A stretch of 64,000 nucleotides of DNA from a virus (IMGVR_UViG_3300021399_000108:99521-163520); one strand, 5' to 3'; counted from the stretch's first letter, positions 26,801 to 41,662 are shown. A program made the numbers and translations. Notes: generated by a model not told the origin, from the letters alone.

Positions 26801-29800
26801 CCGCCTGCACGTTCCAGAAGTTGTGCGGCATACTAATCAATATTCTCGCCTACCGCCGCAGTAAATACATCAGTTGCTTTAATTAATTTATCGGCTGATG
26901 CATTTAATAATGAAGATTGTTCATCAAAGGTCATAGTACGACCAAGAATAGAATAAATTTGAGAAATGGCATCAAAACTACCATTTAAAGCATTTGAAAT
27001 TAAATCATTAGTAATTTCTTGATAGCCAGTTTGTCCAGCAGCAAAATTATAATTATCAATTGCTTTAAAGAAAGCTTGTGTTGCTTGGGTTTTTTCTAAC
27101 TCACCTGTTGCATCTAAAACTGCTTTAAGATCTATTTGTTCCCCAAGAGTGTGCATAAAAGATTCACGCTATTTTTCGAGTAACTATAAATCTTGTGCAG
27201 TTATATCCTTCTTGTTTAATAAATCTTCATTAAAACGTTTTAATTGTTCAGCTATACCAGTTTGAGTTAATACAAAAGAATGTGTTATATCACTATACTA
27301 ATAAATATCTGAATAATTTAATTTAGGTGCATTCTTTCTAGACTAATTAATATCATCTAATACTTTTTTCATTTCAGTAGCGCTATTTGTACCAGAAGTA
27401 ACTTGGCTACCTAATGAATTAATAGTTTCTAAAATATCAGTAGCTTGTTGTTCTAATAAGTCTAGTATCCACTGTTCAAAATTTAAGCTAACATTATTTT
27501 GTAACTATTGCACAAATGCTTGAATAGTGTTACCTTCAATAAGTCTATAATTATTATCGCTACCTAATGTAAAATACTTTTGTATAATTTCTGCTGATGC
27601 GGGCAGTCTAGCAATTAAACTATTTATTAATTCTGCACTAATTGCTTCACCGCTATTAATAATAGCTAAAACTACGGATTCAGGACTCTCCTACCATTGT
27701 ATTGACTTAATTTGAGATAATAAATTATTTTTAGTCTAATCTGATATAAATCCTTGTGACCATAAATTGTTAATCGAATCAATAATTTCTTGTACATTAT
27801 CTAGATTTAATTTATATTGTCCAGGACTCTATTCAGTTGCAATTTTTTCTATATCTAGTCCTAAAGTTTGACTTACTAAATATAATTTATCATATGCAAT
27901 ATTCGTATAATCTTTTAATAAATCAGTTAGTAAAGTTTGAGGAGAAATTGCAGCTTGTGATGACTTCAAAGAAGTAATTAAGTTATTGATTTCTGTATCT
28001 GTTACATTACCAAGCCAACTACTTTCATTTGCTCGTATTTCATCATTATCACGTAATAAGGTAAGAACATCAATTGCTGCTGTAATATTCTATTGAGTTG
28101 CATGTAAAATATATTTATAAATATTTCCATTCTAGTCCGCAACTCCTTGCATCATATCTGGTAATTGTGAAGCCATAAATGCAAGCATCTGGCTATTTTC
28201 TGTAGAAGTTTCTATTTCTTGATAAGTACCCTATTCTAGAACAGAAGCAATACCAGAAAATAAATTAGAAAAACTATCTTTAATAACTTCCGCTTCTGCA
28301 TCATACGTTTTCTGTATTTCTGCATCAATATTAAATTTATCTTTATTAGCATCTAAATATGCTTTTACTTTATTAGGATCATAAGTATCAGTAATAAAAT
28401 CATATCCTAATTGAGTACGTAATACATTAAAATCAATATTTAAATTTGTTGCTAATTTTTTTACTAATTCATTTGATAAATTTTTATAATTTAACGCAAC
28501 ATCTCTAAATGAAATTTCTACACTACTCTCTCTATCCATTTGATTTAAAGTTTGTTCAACTTCATTTAATTCTTTAGGATCATAGAGATATTTAAATCTA
28601 GACAATAAAGCTTGACGTAATTCTTGAGTTTGCCGTAAATGATCGCCTTCATCAATAAAATATTTATTAATAAAATCATTTATCTCATTTTCATCAACAA
28701 TGCCTAAAGATTCAATTAAATTGTCAACTAATTCTATTGAAATATTATCATAAGCAGATGTTAAAATTGGAGTAATGTCAGAAGCAGATAATTCTTGTTG
28801 AATAGAATTACGAGCTTGTCTACGCAAAGATAATTTTGTTTTTCCTTGTAATCCACTATTAAAAATTGCGCTAATAACAGCATCTCTAATTGTATCAATT
28901 CCATCAACAAAATATCCAATAATATTACCATAAGCATCTATATCTTCATGTAAGATGTTATCTAATCCTAAATTTTGTATTAACATCTTCAATTGTGGAT
29001 TTTTGTTAACATCAATATATCCTTGTTGCCCATTACCTAATGTAGCTTGCTGTAATACTAATGAAAATACTGATTCAACATCACTGTTTAAAGATGAAAA
29101 AACGGTTGAATAAAATACTCCAAGCCCAGTTTTATATTTGGTTGTTAAAGTATTAAGATCACGATTAATAATCGCATTTTTAAGCCCTTCTTTATCAGAC
29201 TGCGCGTAACCACTTAATTGAGTTGCAGCCTCTACAAACTAATCAACATATCCAAAGTCCCACATAGTAGAAGCAAATTCTTGCAATTTAGAAGGGATCT
29301 ATGAAATTTCTTTTAAATAAGCTTTAGCAACTTGTTTTGTTCTAGAACCATATTGCATACCCTTTCCTGTACTAGCAGTAACGCCATGATTCTATAAAAT
29401 ATCCATATCTTCTTGATCTAGCGCTTGATTCTATAATAACTTTTGTAAAACTTCATATAGTTCATTATTTTTTTCAGCAATTACTTGCTTACTTACATCA
29501 AATTCTTGCGCCTGAAGTTCATTTATCCATTCTTGAAGACCTTTGTATGTCCATTTTGCTTTTCCATTCTATATTTTTAGCCAATCATCTTCGTAAGCAA
29601 TTTGTGTACCATGTAATTGATTATAATTACCTAAGGCTAAATCTAAGTCTTCTTTCTTAAAAAACTCTTTAGTAAAAAACTATCCTAACATTTCTTCTGA
29701 ACTATAGCCAGAAAGCATGTTATTTAATGTCTGTGCTCGATACTATTGAAAAGCATTGGCTTCTTTTGTAATATACTATTGTACTTTTCCTAAATTTAAT

Positions 29801-32800
29801 GTAGTACGTCCGTCCGCAGTTGATAATAGAGATGATAATTCTAAATCTTTAGCTCGAGAAATTTGTTCTTTTGATATATCGGTAGCATTATTTAACATTT
29901 CCTTAATCAATGTAAATCGCTGTTCTGCTGTATTGTTAATGCCATTTAATACATTATCAAAATCATTGCCAAACGCCTACTTATATTTTTTCATAGCTGA
30001 TTCTATAGCTATATCACCAATATAATTGTCTTTAAATTGAATAGAACGGTTTTCACGATCAACAGTAATTAAAGATGTTAAACTTAAATTTTCTTTAACA
30101 ATTTTTTCCGCAGCATCTAATAATTCATCACCAACATTAGTTATTTGTTTTACTTTTGATTCATTATTAGCTTCAATTAGATATTCAAATACTGTTCTAA
30201 TATTAGAATTCTATTTTTCTCTAAGATCTGCTTCAACTTTTTGAATTTCTTGTATTAAATAATCATTATCATTCTAATTTTCTTTAATATATTCTCTGAT
30301 AGCTGGACCATTAGTAATAAAATGTTGCCCTTCTTTTGTTAGAAATTTTTGTCCTAATTGTGTTAATTGACCATCTTGTAATAATGGGCCACCTAAAATA
30401 GAACCTAATTTTTCAATTTGATCTAAAGACACTTTAGCATTATCTTGTAATATATTTAATAATGCTTCTTCTTGCTCTTGCTAAGACTATAATGCACCAG
30501 TATGATAGGCTTTTAAAGCGTTCTAACCATAAGTTTCTGCAAATTGTTTAAAATCATCTAAAGTTTTAAATCTATCTTTTATTATTCCAGCATCTGATTT
30601 CTAATATTCAGTACCTATAAATGCATTACGATTACGCTCAATATCTTGAGTAGTTAATTTTCCATTTTCTGTTAAAAGTTTTATTAAATTAGAAATTCCA
30701 TCTGCTCTATTAATAAATACCTATTCCATCTAATCCATATAAGTTAATGCACCAGGTAAATCCTATAAAGCAGTTAAATCACCTTTTTGTAAGCGTGAAA
30801 TAATATTAGATTTAGCACTTATCCATCCGTTGACGCCAACACCATATTTTTTCCTACCAATTTGCTTAAAAGTATCAACAAAGCCCTCTATATCACCTGT
30901 TTGTAAATAAAAACTGCGTAATTGGTCCATTACTTGCTATTCACTTGCTGCATCAGTTGCTTTAGTTAAAGCATCAGTTAATGCATTTATATACTATTGT
31001 ACTGTATTAGCACTCATCACAAAGCCATGTAATGCTGTGCTATATTCAAACGCACCATTAGTTAATGTGCCGGTGAACTACTTATTATATTTTTTAATAG
31101 TATCAATAATTCCTTGCATTTCTGCAAGATTACTAGTACCAGAAGTTTGTAATTTTCCGACATTTTGTAAAGCATTTATTGCATCTTGAGCGGTTTGTTG
31201 TGAATCAGTAAGAATTACACGAGTAACAACCTTAGATACCTATTCATTAATATTTTCTGCCGCAGCTTTTATCTATGCTTTTCCAGCAGAACTTACTGTG
31301 ACCTTACCAGATACATTTTCCTCAAATAATTCTACGCCTTGGCTTAAAGAAATGCCTAGATTCGTTAATAATTGTTTTAATTGCTATTGTTCTTTTTTAT
31401 CTAAATCTGAATCACTTAATAATGATTCTAATTGAGCTACATGCTCTTGCATGGAAATAGCCTTTTGTAAAACCCAATTATCAGCTGTTGTAAATTGTCC
31501 ATCAATCTCAGTCAAAGAATCTGTTAATAATTGATAATATTCATTATCACCAATTTTAGTTGCAGACTCACTGATAAGCTAATTTATTGGTATATGAGCA
31601 ATATCAGCTAATGTTTCTGCATTAGATTGTGTAATATATGCTACATCATTAAAAAATTCAAGTGAAGAAACAATATCTTTAACCGCAGTTTTCTAACGTA
31701 ATGGTGCATTATAGTCTCTTACTTTAAGCAATAGAGCATTTTGTTCTTCAATTGTTTGGCCTAATTGATCTTGATAATTCTATAAGAAATTATCAATACC
31801 ATTATCAAGTAAGTCATAAACAATATTCTGTCTAATACCCTCATATTTTTGAGCACGAACATAATCAGTACCATAAGTTAAATAATCATTAATTAAATTT
31901 ATTAAACCATTTCTATATTGGTCTACTGCTTTAGCCTAAGTCTCATCTAATTCCTTAGGTGTAGCTTTTGCTAAAGTGCCAATAGATTTTTTTAATCCAG
32001 TGTAATTCCCTTTTTTCCAATTAGATTGTTGTTGCATAGTATTAGTAGCCAAATCTAACATGGAAAGAATATTTTCAAATGGTACTTGAAGATTAGTATA
32101 AGCAGTCTATACCGCTGATCTAAATTCTGCAACCTTACCTTCAATTATTGAATATGAATTACTAGCCTAATCCCAATTTAATAATTCATTAAATTGTTTA
32201 TCTCCTAAAAGTTCTCTTAAAAGTGTAGTATTAGTAGTAATGAAATCAATCCCACCCTGACTAATAAGGCTATCATCATTATACTTACTTAACTCCTGAA
32301 TGAAAGCTTCCATATTAGACAATTCTTCTTGAATATTATTAGCACCTTGTCTTAAATGATCTCTCCAAATTTGATAAGCCTCATTTAAGCTTTCAGTGGC
32401 CATCATAATTTTTCCAGAAGAATCTACAATAGTATCAGTTTGGAAATCAAAAATTCTATTTTTGCCTTGTTCTTTTGCCCAAGAATTTAACTTATCAATA
32501 ATTTCCTTAAACTCTGGAACTGTTCCCCCAGATTGAAGTTTATTAATAGTTTTCTATTCGTCAGTTAATTGCTTTAATGCATTATCTTCATATTCTTGAA
32601 TTGATAATCCAACATATGATATTAAATGTTCACGAATAGTTTTTAATGCCTATTCTGCACGACTTAATAACTACTGTTGTTCAGGGCTAGAAAATTCCTC
32701 TTTTGCACTTTGAATTTGAGTAATAGTTTCATCTATTCCTTGCTTTGTTAATAGTCCATTTTTATTAATAGCCTATTGTACTTCTGTAGGTAATTGCGAA

Positions 32801-35800
32801 ATAATAGATATAAGCTAATTACCTTGCTATCCTACCTAAGCAATTGCCTCATCAGGTGAATAATCAGTAATTTGCTTAATTACTCCAATTACTGCTTGCC
32901 CTACTATTCTCTCAGCTTCAGTATTAACATCAGTGCCAATAAGCGATTCAATCGTGTCTTTAGCTTTTTGTCGTGAAGTAGTCTAAATTTGTCCTCGTGC
33001 ATAATTATTAAATTGCTATATAATATTTTCTGTAGAAGTTTGTATACGATTCCTAAAAAATTCATACAAAGCGGTATCAGTATCTACTGTAGTATCAGAA
33101 AAAAAGTCATCAATATTAGAATAATTTTGTAAATTACCACTACGTTCGATAAGTATATTACGAATAGATTCATCCAAGCCTTGCCATTCTGCTTGTAAAG
33201 CATCAATTTCCGCGTCTAAAATTGATTCATTCTAATATTCACCAGCAAATATTTTTTGGCTAATTAATGAATAAATAGAATTTGCATTTAAGATATTATC
33301 AATATTTTTCTCAACTTCACTTTGTAATTGAGTTTGTTTTACTTTTAATTCTGTTTGTAATACATTTTTTTCCGCAACTTGCTAATTATTAAAAGACTAT
33401 CCTAAATTTTTAAATAGATCAATATAATAACTAATAATATCAGCATATCTCTGTACAGGACTACCACCATTATCTAAATATGTTTTATATGCACTATTAA
33501 ATAAATTAAACTGCTATCTTAAACTATTTCTATCTTCATCAGTGATATTTTCTTTATGAGTAAAAGTATCAATAGAAGCTAAAAAATTATTATAGTCTTC
33601 TAAAAATGTATATACTTCATTAGTATCAGGCACAACTTCCTATAATAATGCATAAAGTCCAGATGCTTGATCTGTTTGAGCTGTACGTTCAAGTTCAGTT
33701 TTAACATTGCTAAAAAGTTCTTGTAATGAACTTGAACCTGCTTTAAAATCAGTAATATAATTTTCAATAATTTCAAAGCTAGCCTCATCAATATCTGCCA
33801 ATGCACTATCTAACGCAGTTTGACTATCAACTAATATTTCTCTTAAAATAGACTCATTAACAGATAGTCCAGAATAAGTGCTTTTATTACCACGTACTGT
33901 TAATAAATTATCATACCAAGCTTGTCCACTAAATAACTTACGAGAAGTGGCAGTTGTCTGACGTTCCTAAGTAAATGTCTGTACGCCTTCATCAAATTTA
34001 GCTTTATCAACTTTATTTTGTTCTTTTTTTGCTTCTAGTTCTTTCTTTGCTGCTTCTAATGTCGCCTCTGCGCTAGCCTGCCTCGCCGCAGCTAATTGTT
34101 GTTCTAACGCAGTAGCATTAATTGTAGCATTGCCAACAGCATCTATTGACTCTACTAAGGAAGGAAATTCATCTGCTATACTATTTTGAATATCTCTAAA
34201 CTGCTGTGCTGCTTCTTCACTATCATACTGTTTTTCTCTTAAATCATCATATTGAGTTTTTAAATTTTGTAATGAACGTTCTTCCCCTTTTAATTGTGCC
34301 GCACGATCAGATAATTGTTTTGCTTCATTAGCAACTCGTGCAATTCGCTACTCAGCAGATTCCCAAAGAGTACTTAAACTAGCAATAATAGACATAGAAC
34401 CAGAAATAATATTCATTATTCCCGCAGCTCGTTGTCCTGGCATAAATAATTGCGCAATACCTGCACCGCCTTGCACAACTCCACCAAGACTATTTAATGC
34501 ACCACTTAAATACTGCCCTTCACGCGTTTGTTGATCAATCATTAGTGAAGCGCCACTAATCATAGAACCAATTAATCCAGCAATACCCGCAGAACCACCA
34601 AGATTTTTCTTTATACCTGTTGATATACCTGTATTAATAGTTTGCCCTATTTGAGTAGCACCACTTTGAGCAACTTGATTTGCTTGTTGCAAAGCAGATT
34701 CAACCGCAGGTGTAATAATCGTAGCTAATTGCTGTAAACTAGCCATTAATATAGTTTTTCCTGCATTAATAATGTTCATAATGGCAGCTATTGCCACCAC
34801 TGGAATCTTATTAAATAATTTCGGGAAAGAATTTAATGTATTTAATACATTTTTTGCGCCATCTAAGAATCCTTTCCAAACCTATTCAACACCAATACTT
34901 GTATAAAATTGTTGATATGCATTCTGTACTTGATTAATTTTTGACTCTAAGCTATCTAATGCTTTTAATGCTTGAGTGGTTCCAGTTCCTTCACTTTCTT
35001 CCGCTACTCGTAAATTATTTTTAAGTAAATCACCATTAGATACTAACGCTAAGAAACGAGATTGTTGACGGTTTCCTGCAAACTGAGTTGCGATATATCT
35101 TTGTTGCGTAGATTCTAGTGTCTACCATTTATCACTTAATTCAATAATAACGTCAGTAAAACTTCTAAATTGGTTTTCAGTTGTTTTCATATTGATACCG
35201 ACAGATTGTAAAGCGGTATCAACTTTATTAAAACTTAAAGCTTCTCCTTCAGAATCCATTAATTCTTCTGGCGCTTTTTTCATTTCACCATAACGAGAAG
35301 CAATACTCTTTAAAGCACTACCAATATTACTTGCACTCTAACGAGTAACAGCAACCATAGTAGAAATCATAGCAGAAGCTTCTTCAAATGTAGAACCAAC
35401 AGATTCCATAGAAGATGCTGTCCTAGTCATAGCTTCAGCTAACTATTGTTGTGAAACAGCAGTATTCGCCGCTAATGCACTATATACATCTACTACTCTT
35501 GATGCATCTGTCATCTACATTTTGAAACCACGTAAAGCCGTAGTCATATAGTCAGTTGTAGTAGCGTAATCCAATCCTGAAATTTTAGATAACTTTAACG
35601 TCTATTCCGTTAAAGCCATAACATCTCTTTGCTATAAACCTTGCTGGTAATAAATTTTAGAAACTTCATATGCACCTTTGGTTGTAACACCATATTGTTG
35701 CGCCATTTTAGTGTAAGCATCAACTTGATCCCATAAATCAGAAGTTGACATTTTTGTAACAATAGAAATACCGTTCATAACAGTATCTAACTATTTTATG

Positions 35801-37035
35801 TTTTTAGCAGCATCTTTTACTCCACGTTTTACTAAACTTAAAACTTGAGTAAAGCCCATAAAGTTCATTACAGTAGATTTAATAGCATTAAATGTATTTT
35901 GCATTTGTTGATATTTCAACATTGCAACATTTGCTTGCTCTAATTGAGATTTAAATTCTTGTAGTTGGCTCGCTGCCGCGCTCATCGAAGCAGGAATTTG
36001 TTTAATAGCACCATTAGCATTTAATGTGCCATTTTCTAAATTTTGAATAGCACTAACTAAAATATTTATATCAGAATTAAATTGAGTAGCTTGCGCACCA
36101 GTTGCTCCAAAAGCTTGACCTAATTGAGTGAAATCAGTAATATTAGTTTGGACATTACCTATTATATTAGACAAATCAATTTTTTGTACTTGTTGCCCTT
36201 GATTTACTTCTTCCCAAAAATTAATAGAGCCTAATATATTTTGAATTTGTTTAGCTGTTTTATTTCTTAGCTATTCAATTTTATTATCTGGTATATTAAA
36301 TTGCTATTGCATATATTGCAAAAATTGTTCTTGAATACCACCGCCTTTAATGCTCTTAAATATTACATCTCCATTTTGTTTAGTAGAGAAGAATTTCTTA
36401 AAAGCCGCTGGATCCAATAATCCAGATAAAGTATCACCTGAACCACTATCTACTTTGCTCTGAATATTTTGTGTTTTGGTCATTTGTTCCTATAATTTAG
36501 CATAAGCCTCTTGTAATTGTTGTAATTCAGATTCCGCGGCTTTAACACCATCAGAAATACCTTTAACAATTTCATCAAAACTTTTATTAACTAAATCAGG
36601 ATTAATTGCCTATAAAATTTGTTTATTACTACCCTGAGCAAGAGTATCTTTTACCATTGTTTTTTGAAAATTCTCATACTAATGACGAGCTTTTTTCAAA
36701 TCATCTACTAATTTACTATATTGATCTGTTGTTGCTTTATCTAATTTTAAATCAGAAAATGTTATACTTTTAGTAATATCTCCAGTTTTAGATAAAGCTG
36801 TACTTATTCGTTCTATAATTTTTTCAGTTGCCTTAAAATCCGCATTACTACTAAAACCTTTTGCTATATTAGTCTATACTGCACCTAAATCTTTTGTCAT
36901 ATTTTTGACAATATTTTGTAAGGCGGTAAATGCTTTTGTATCTGGTTTCAAAGTATTTAATACTTTCTGTATATCATCAACTGAATTTTTCAACATTTCT
37001 AACTCAACTGATATTTTTACAGTGTGTTGACTCAT
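20881..37035 (-). CDS. Giant tail tape measure protein (~5384 aa, many internal TAG)
   Basis: Eleven ORF-track fragments share one frame from ATG 37035 (SD AGGAG) to TAA 20881; TMP core motifs IYYQQG, NIGSALKSI, AGNRQQSRF; C-terminal GELGPEL and GGLVDYTG. Confidence 0.85.
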
Positions 37036-37060
37036 AAAACCACTCCTTTTTCTCTAAAAT

Positions 37061-37097
37061 AAAAAAACAGCCGCTTCTCATATCGTGAGAAACGGCT
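37061..37097 (-). terminator. Intrinsic terminator upstream of the tape measure gene
   Basis: Minus strand AGCCGTTTCTCA-CGATA-TGAGAAGCGGCT then a T-run. Confidence 0.75.
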
Positions 37098-37098
37098 A

Positions 37099-37989
37099 TT
37101 AAATCTCAGCATCTATATCTGAGTCTAAACGTGTCATCTATAAAATTAATCCTTCTTTATTGGATCCTAAATTTTCTGGCATCCCAATAATATTAAATAC
37201 CGACATTGTAGGATCAGCCTTTTCTCCCAAGCGTAAGTTGATGTCACTCACTACTCTTACTTTTGGCATATAAATTAAATTTGTATAATTTATACCCTCA
37301 TTTTCATCTTTAGAATAAAATTTACCTTCTAAAGAGAATAACCCATTAAATCTTTCTTTTTGTATACGGTATATTAATGCATCTCTATTTTTAGGATATT
37401 CATAATAATATTCAATAATATATTCTGCATTAATATCTGCTAAAGATTCTTTACTTAATGTTTTATCATCATACACTTGAATACAAGGTAATTCTTGTTC
37501 AGAATCCCAAGGATCAATTTTTCCATGAATGCGTTTACCATACATTTTTTTCTATATAGTATCACGCGAATATTTATAAATAAAAGCTTTTTTCTTTATT
37601 GTATCTACAGGCCAATTCTTTAATATCATACAATGATCTTGATCCAATTGCATTGGGCCCTCTCTACGTCGTACTAATAATTCATCTTGACCTTTTTTTT
37701 CTAGAACATCTGCACTTAATAAGATACCCATTCCAACAGATGAAAGTACTCCTTCAGATAAAGAAAAAGTGACTTCAGAACGATCCTCCCACACAACTTG
37801 TGGGAGGTTCGCCCATCCGCCACGCGCCATAATTGGCGTATTTCTTTCAGAAAGAAGTGATATATTTATATTTTCAAAATATAAAATAGGTTCATCTACT
37901 TCAATATACCTTGATCCAAAATGCATAGGAGTTCTAGCTTTAAGCACAACTTCATATAACTATTTTATACCAAAGTATTGATCTTGCAT
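37099..37989 (-). CDS. Tail-tube-like protein, paralog of the major tail protein (296 aa, 3 TAG)
   Basis: FGIK*LYEV, ARGGWANLPQVVW and ADPTMSVF mirror YGIKEVANV, AQGGWGNPRLIQW and GDPSTFEM in the neighbouring tube gene. Confidence 0.75.
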
Positions 37990-38001
37990 TTATATCACCT
38001 A

Positions 38002-38913
38002 TTAAGTACCAGTAGAAATGCTACCAATATCATCCTTATCATTAGTACTAGCTTCATCGGCAGTTCCATAACGAACTAATTTCATCATCTCATCACCGCT
38101 TTCGCCACGTAGAACATTTAGAGTCATTTCAAAAGTAGAAGGATCACCTTCGGCTTCTAGAGTTAAAGTGACACTGGATTGAACTTTTGCACGGTCGATG
38201 ATAAATTGGAAAGGTTCATCCTTACCATTCTGGTTACGCATAAAAGTATCACCAACAATACGATAAGTTCCAGGGAAAGTATCGGGGCTAATAGTTACTT
38301 CAACTGCACCAGCATCCGCAGTACCGCCTTCGCGCTCTTCTTCCCAGAAAATACGTAAATGATCACCTGCTACTGCAGCAACATTATTAACATTTGCAGC
38401 ATCATTAGTAACGCTCACAACACGACCTTTTTCAAACGTACCGCTAGTGATCTGAGTACGTACACCAGTAGTTAAATTAATAACACGAACAGGATGTTCA
38501 GTAGAAGCAGTAAATGTATAAGGACCACCAAATCTGTCTTTAATATCAGGTAATTTTCCACCAGTACCACAAACTACTTCAGCTGTGTGACGTACTAATA
38601 CCTTATCTTGACTAGTGGCTTCTTTAATAGCGCCGCCCATCATAAAACGAAGAGATTCTAAAGACATTAAAGCATCAGTTAAGGTGACATTAATTTCCTT
38701 ACCATAGTCCCACTGAATTAAACGAGGATTTCCCCAGCCGCCTTGTGCAGCAACATTTTCAGCGGTAGTTTCAATTGTAGAAACTTTTAAAGTATCAAGG
38801 AAAAGTACAATATCTCCTTCAAAAACACCTTGTGTTAGGTCAGTTTCTAAGGCTTCAAAATATACATTTGCGACTTCTTTAATACCATATTTTTCAAAAA
38901 TATTAACAGCCAT
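38002..38913 (-). CDS. Major tail tube protein (no TAG)
   Basis: GIKEVA, LDTLK, GGWGNPRLIQWDYGKE, FPGTYRIVGDT, EGDPSTF motifs; position; SD GGAGGT. Confidence 0.8.
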   Translation of the reverse strand: MAVNIFEKYGIKEVANVYFEALETDLTQGVFEGDIVLFLDTLKVSTIETTAENVAAQGGWGNPRLIQWDYGKEINVTLTDALMSLESLRFMMGGAIKEATSQDKVLVRHTAEVVCGTGGKLPDIKDRFGGPYTFTASTEHPVRVINLTTGVRTQITSGTFEKGRVVSVTNDAANVNNVAAVAGDHLRIFWEEEREGGTADAGAVEVTISPDTFPGTYRIVGDTFMRNQNGKDEPFQFIIDRAKVQSSVTLTLEAEGDPSTFEMTLNVLRGESGDEMMKLVRYGTADEASTNDKDDIGSISTGT

Positions 38914-38929
38914 AAAAATTACCTCCAAA

Positions 38930-39691
38930 TTAATTGTTAATTGATCGCATCCAATATTTTAATTGCGATTTATTTAATTTCGCGCCAGCCATTGCTGCAC
39001 GACTATTTATATTATATTCATCACGCCAGCCCATTCGTTTAAGCTGATCATGGAACATATAATATGTCATATCATAAATATTAATTCCATTAACATTACA
39101 ATTATTAATTGTAAAACTACCTATTAAATCAGAAAAATGCAAATCTGTACCTTTTCTCGCAGCTTCTTTTGCTTTGGCTCTACGTACTTTCTAACGATTT
39201 TCTCGCATTTGCATTTTTAGACGTTTTAATGAAGGTGGATCATCTTTATTAATAATAATTTCTTCACCTTCTAATTCTAAAAAATAAGCTCGTTTAATTA
39301 ATGCTTGTAACTAATAAAATTTCTCCTCATTGAGAATGTGTTTTTCCTAGATAGGGCCAATAATAATTTGCGCAGGATTTAAAGAAAAACTTACAGAATC
39401 ATGTATAAAAAAATTAAATGCCTATTTTAAACTTTGATTAGACTTTAAATCCATATGTACCATCATTAATATATATTCAAAATCTGATAATTTATTTAAT
39501 GCTTTCATTAATTCATCATCTTGATGAATATTGGGTTTAACTGCTGTAATAATACTTAAATATTCTTGAAATTTGCTATAACCTAAATCCACAATTTCAC
39601 CAATTGTTGCAGAATAAACTGCACAAATATCATCTAAAAAAACAGGAGAACCTTTTTGGAATTTTAAAATTTCATCATCAGTTAAATTCAT
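38930..39691 (-). CDS. Hypothetical tail-region protein (253 aa, TAG read-through)
   Basis: Fragments 39422-39691 and 38930-39142 are in frame; C-terminal IYDMTYYMF...AMAGAK..LKYW. Confidence 0.7.
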
Positions 39692-40193
39692 TGATTTTAT
39701 ACACCATTGAATATCCGCCCATCCATGGAGTAAGAACTAGATTATCCGCGCGATAAAATCGTAGATTGCCAATTCCTGCTAATTTACTACCGTTAAATAA
39801 TGCATCTAATTCTTGCATAATTAAATATGGGCGTAATGAATGTTTATTTAAGAGCCATTCATCATAAGGACAAGCCACGTCAAAACGTATAGTGGATACT
39901 TTAAATTCTTCATTTAATTGATTTACTACAAAGTTATCAAAAATTGCAGTAATATATGACATTTTTTCTGTACTGTCATCAAAAATTTTTGGAACAATTA
40001 ATATTTGTCTATTAATTAATTCAGCGCCATCTACATCTGGTTGCGGCTTGCCATTACATTCTTCTGCAAAAGGATCTCGTGTTTGATATTTAAGTAATCT
40101 ACAAATATTTTGATTTTTCATAATTTTATTTGCAATACTAAAAGTATTTTCTCCCATTACAGCAAAACGACGTTGTGTTAGTTTTAAATCCAT
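39678..40193 (-). CDS. Putative tail completion / terminator protein
   Basis: 171-aa ORF, LRPYLIMQELDALFNG..GIG; lies between neck and tube genes. Confidence 0.6.
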   Translation of the reverse strand: MDLKLTQRRFAVMGENTFSIANKIMKNQNICRLLKYQTRDPFAEECNGKPQPDVDGAELINRQILIVPKIFDDSTEKMSYITAIFDNFVVNQLNEEFKVSTIRFDVACPYDEWLLNKHSLRPYLIMQELDALFNGSKLAGIGNLRFYRADNLVLTPWMGGYSMVYKINEFN

Positions 40194-40206
40194 AATTTCT
40201 CACCCC

Positions 40207-41403
40207 TTACCATAATGGAATAATTGAAATATTTTTAGTATAAGATATACCATTATATTCAGCAGTTATAATACAATCACCAAGAATATTTTTATTATTT
40301 GCATGAACCTTACACTCATTGTTCTATTGGCTCATTACCTTCGCTAATTTAGTATTATTAATAGTAAAATTAACTTCTTGATTAATTTCTTCTGTGCCAA
40401 TTAATTTATAAGTTGCATCACGATCCAATCTAATAGATGCAGGTCCTTCAATATATGCAGAAAAAATCTCTTCTGCTCCAACAGTAACTTGTAAAGTTTG
40501 ATGAATAGTAGGATAATTAATCAAAGTAATTATAACATTTGCAGTACCATTACCAACCGCAGTTAATTGTCCATTAACTAATTTAATTACTTCTTTATCA
40601 TTAGAACTAAATTGTACTGGCTAATCAATAGGAATACCGTTTTTAGTTAAGGTAAAAGTAGGATTAATTATATTACCAATAGCAAAATTTTGTTTTTCTT
40701 CTGGAATTGAAAGCTCATAATTAGCAATTTTATCAGTATCAGCAATATTGTTTTCAACATCATCATATATACTATTTATCTTACCTTCTGTCAAAGAAAG
40801 ATAAATTACTCCTGGCACACTAGTATGATCATATTCTACTACTGTCCAAGACTCTTGCTCTACAATAAAATTTGTAGCTCTATCTATTGGATAACGCGGC
40901 ATTAAAATTTCAGCATATTTATTTGGTTGAGGAGAAATTAAACTATTCCAAGTTCTAAAATTTCCCTTAATTTTACTATCTAATGAACTTACAAAGTAAC
41001 TCCATGACTGTTGAACATGTCCATTGCTATCTACCCATTTCATTAAATAGTTACACCGCACAATCCAAAAAGTACGATAAGTGCCATTAACTTTTTTTTC
41101 TTCTTGTATAATAATCCATTTTTCTTCTGTACCATTTTCTAATGGCCAAGTAATAATATCTCCAACTAATAAAGGCGTTTCATTACTTACATTTAAAAAC
41201 ATAATCTTTTGATATTCTTTATCTTTACTAGTTAAAATAATACTATCAAAATGTATGCCTCGTTCTACTGACAGATCTCTTACCGTATGAGGAGATTCTG
41301 CCATCCATTTATAGAAAGATCTAATTCCACCATTTCTAATACGCTCGGCAGTAGACTCACCCATATGATTAATGCGCGAATTATATACTTCAAAATAATT
41401 CAT
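40207..41403 (-). CDS. Putative head-closure / neck protein with C-terminal Ig-like domains (398 aa)
   Basis: GDIITW, RCNYLMKW, PGVIYL motifs; read-through of TAGs at 40621 and 40324 to TAA 40207. Confidence 0.65.
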
Positions 41404-41662
41404 CGGGTTTATTTAAAACGCCTACAAGATTCATACACTAGAAAATTGTTTTTCTAAAATAATCATAATTTAGACGTTTTAATGAATTTAATTTACCAAT
41501 CAAAGACCAATAATTAATTGAATTCGCGCCAAGACCTTCTAACTAAATTATAATAGATTCTAAAAATTTTTCCCATTCGCCATTCTTTTCTTTTTCACAT
41601 AATACACCATATAGGCGGCCTTTCATCTTTCTTTTATAACCGTCAAATGTTTCATTTGACAA
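41390..41662 (-). CDS. Small conserved neck-region protein (90 aa, 2 TAG; absent from ORF track)
   Basis: TTG start; EWEKFLESIII*LEG...YFRKTIF*CMNL; overlaps both neighbours. Confidence 0.65.
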
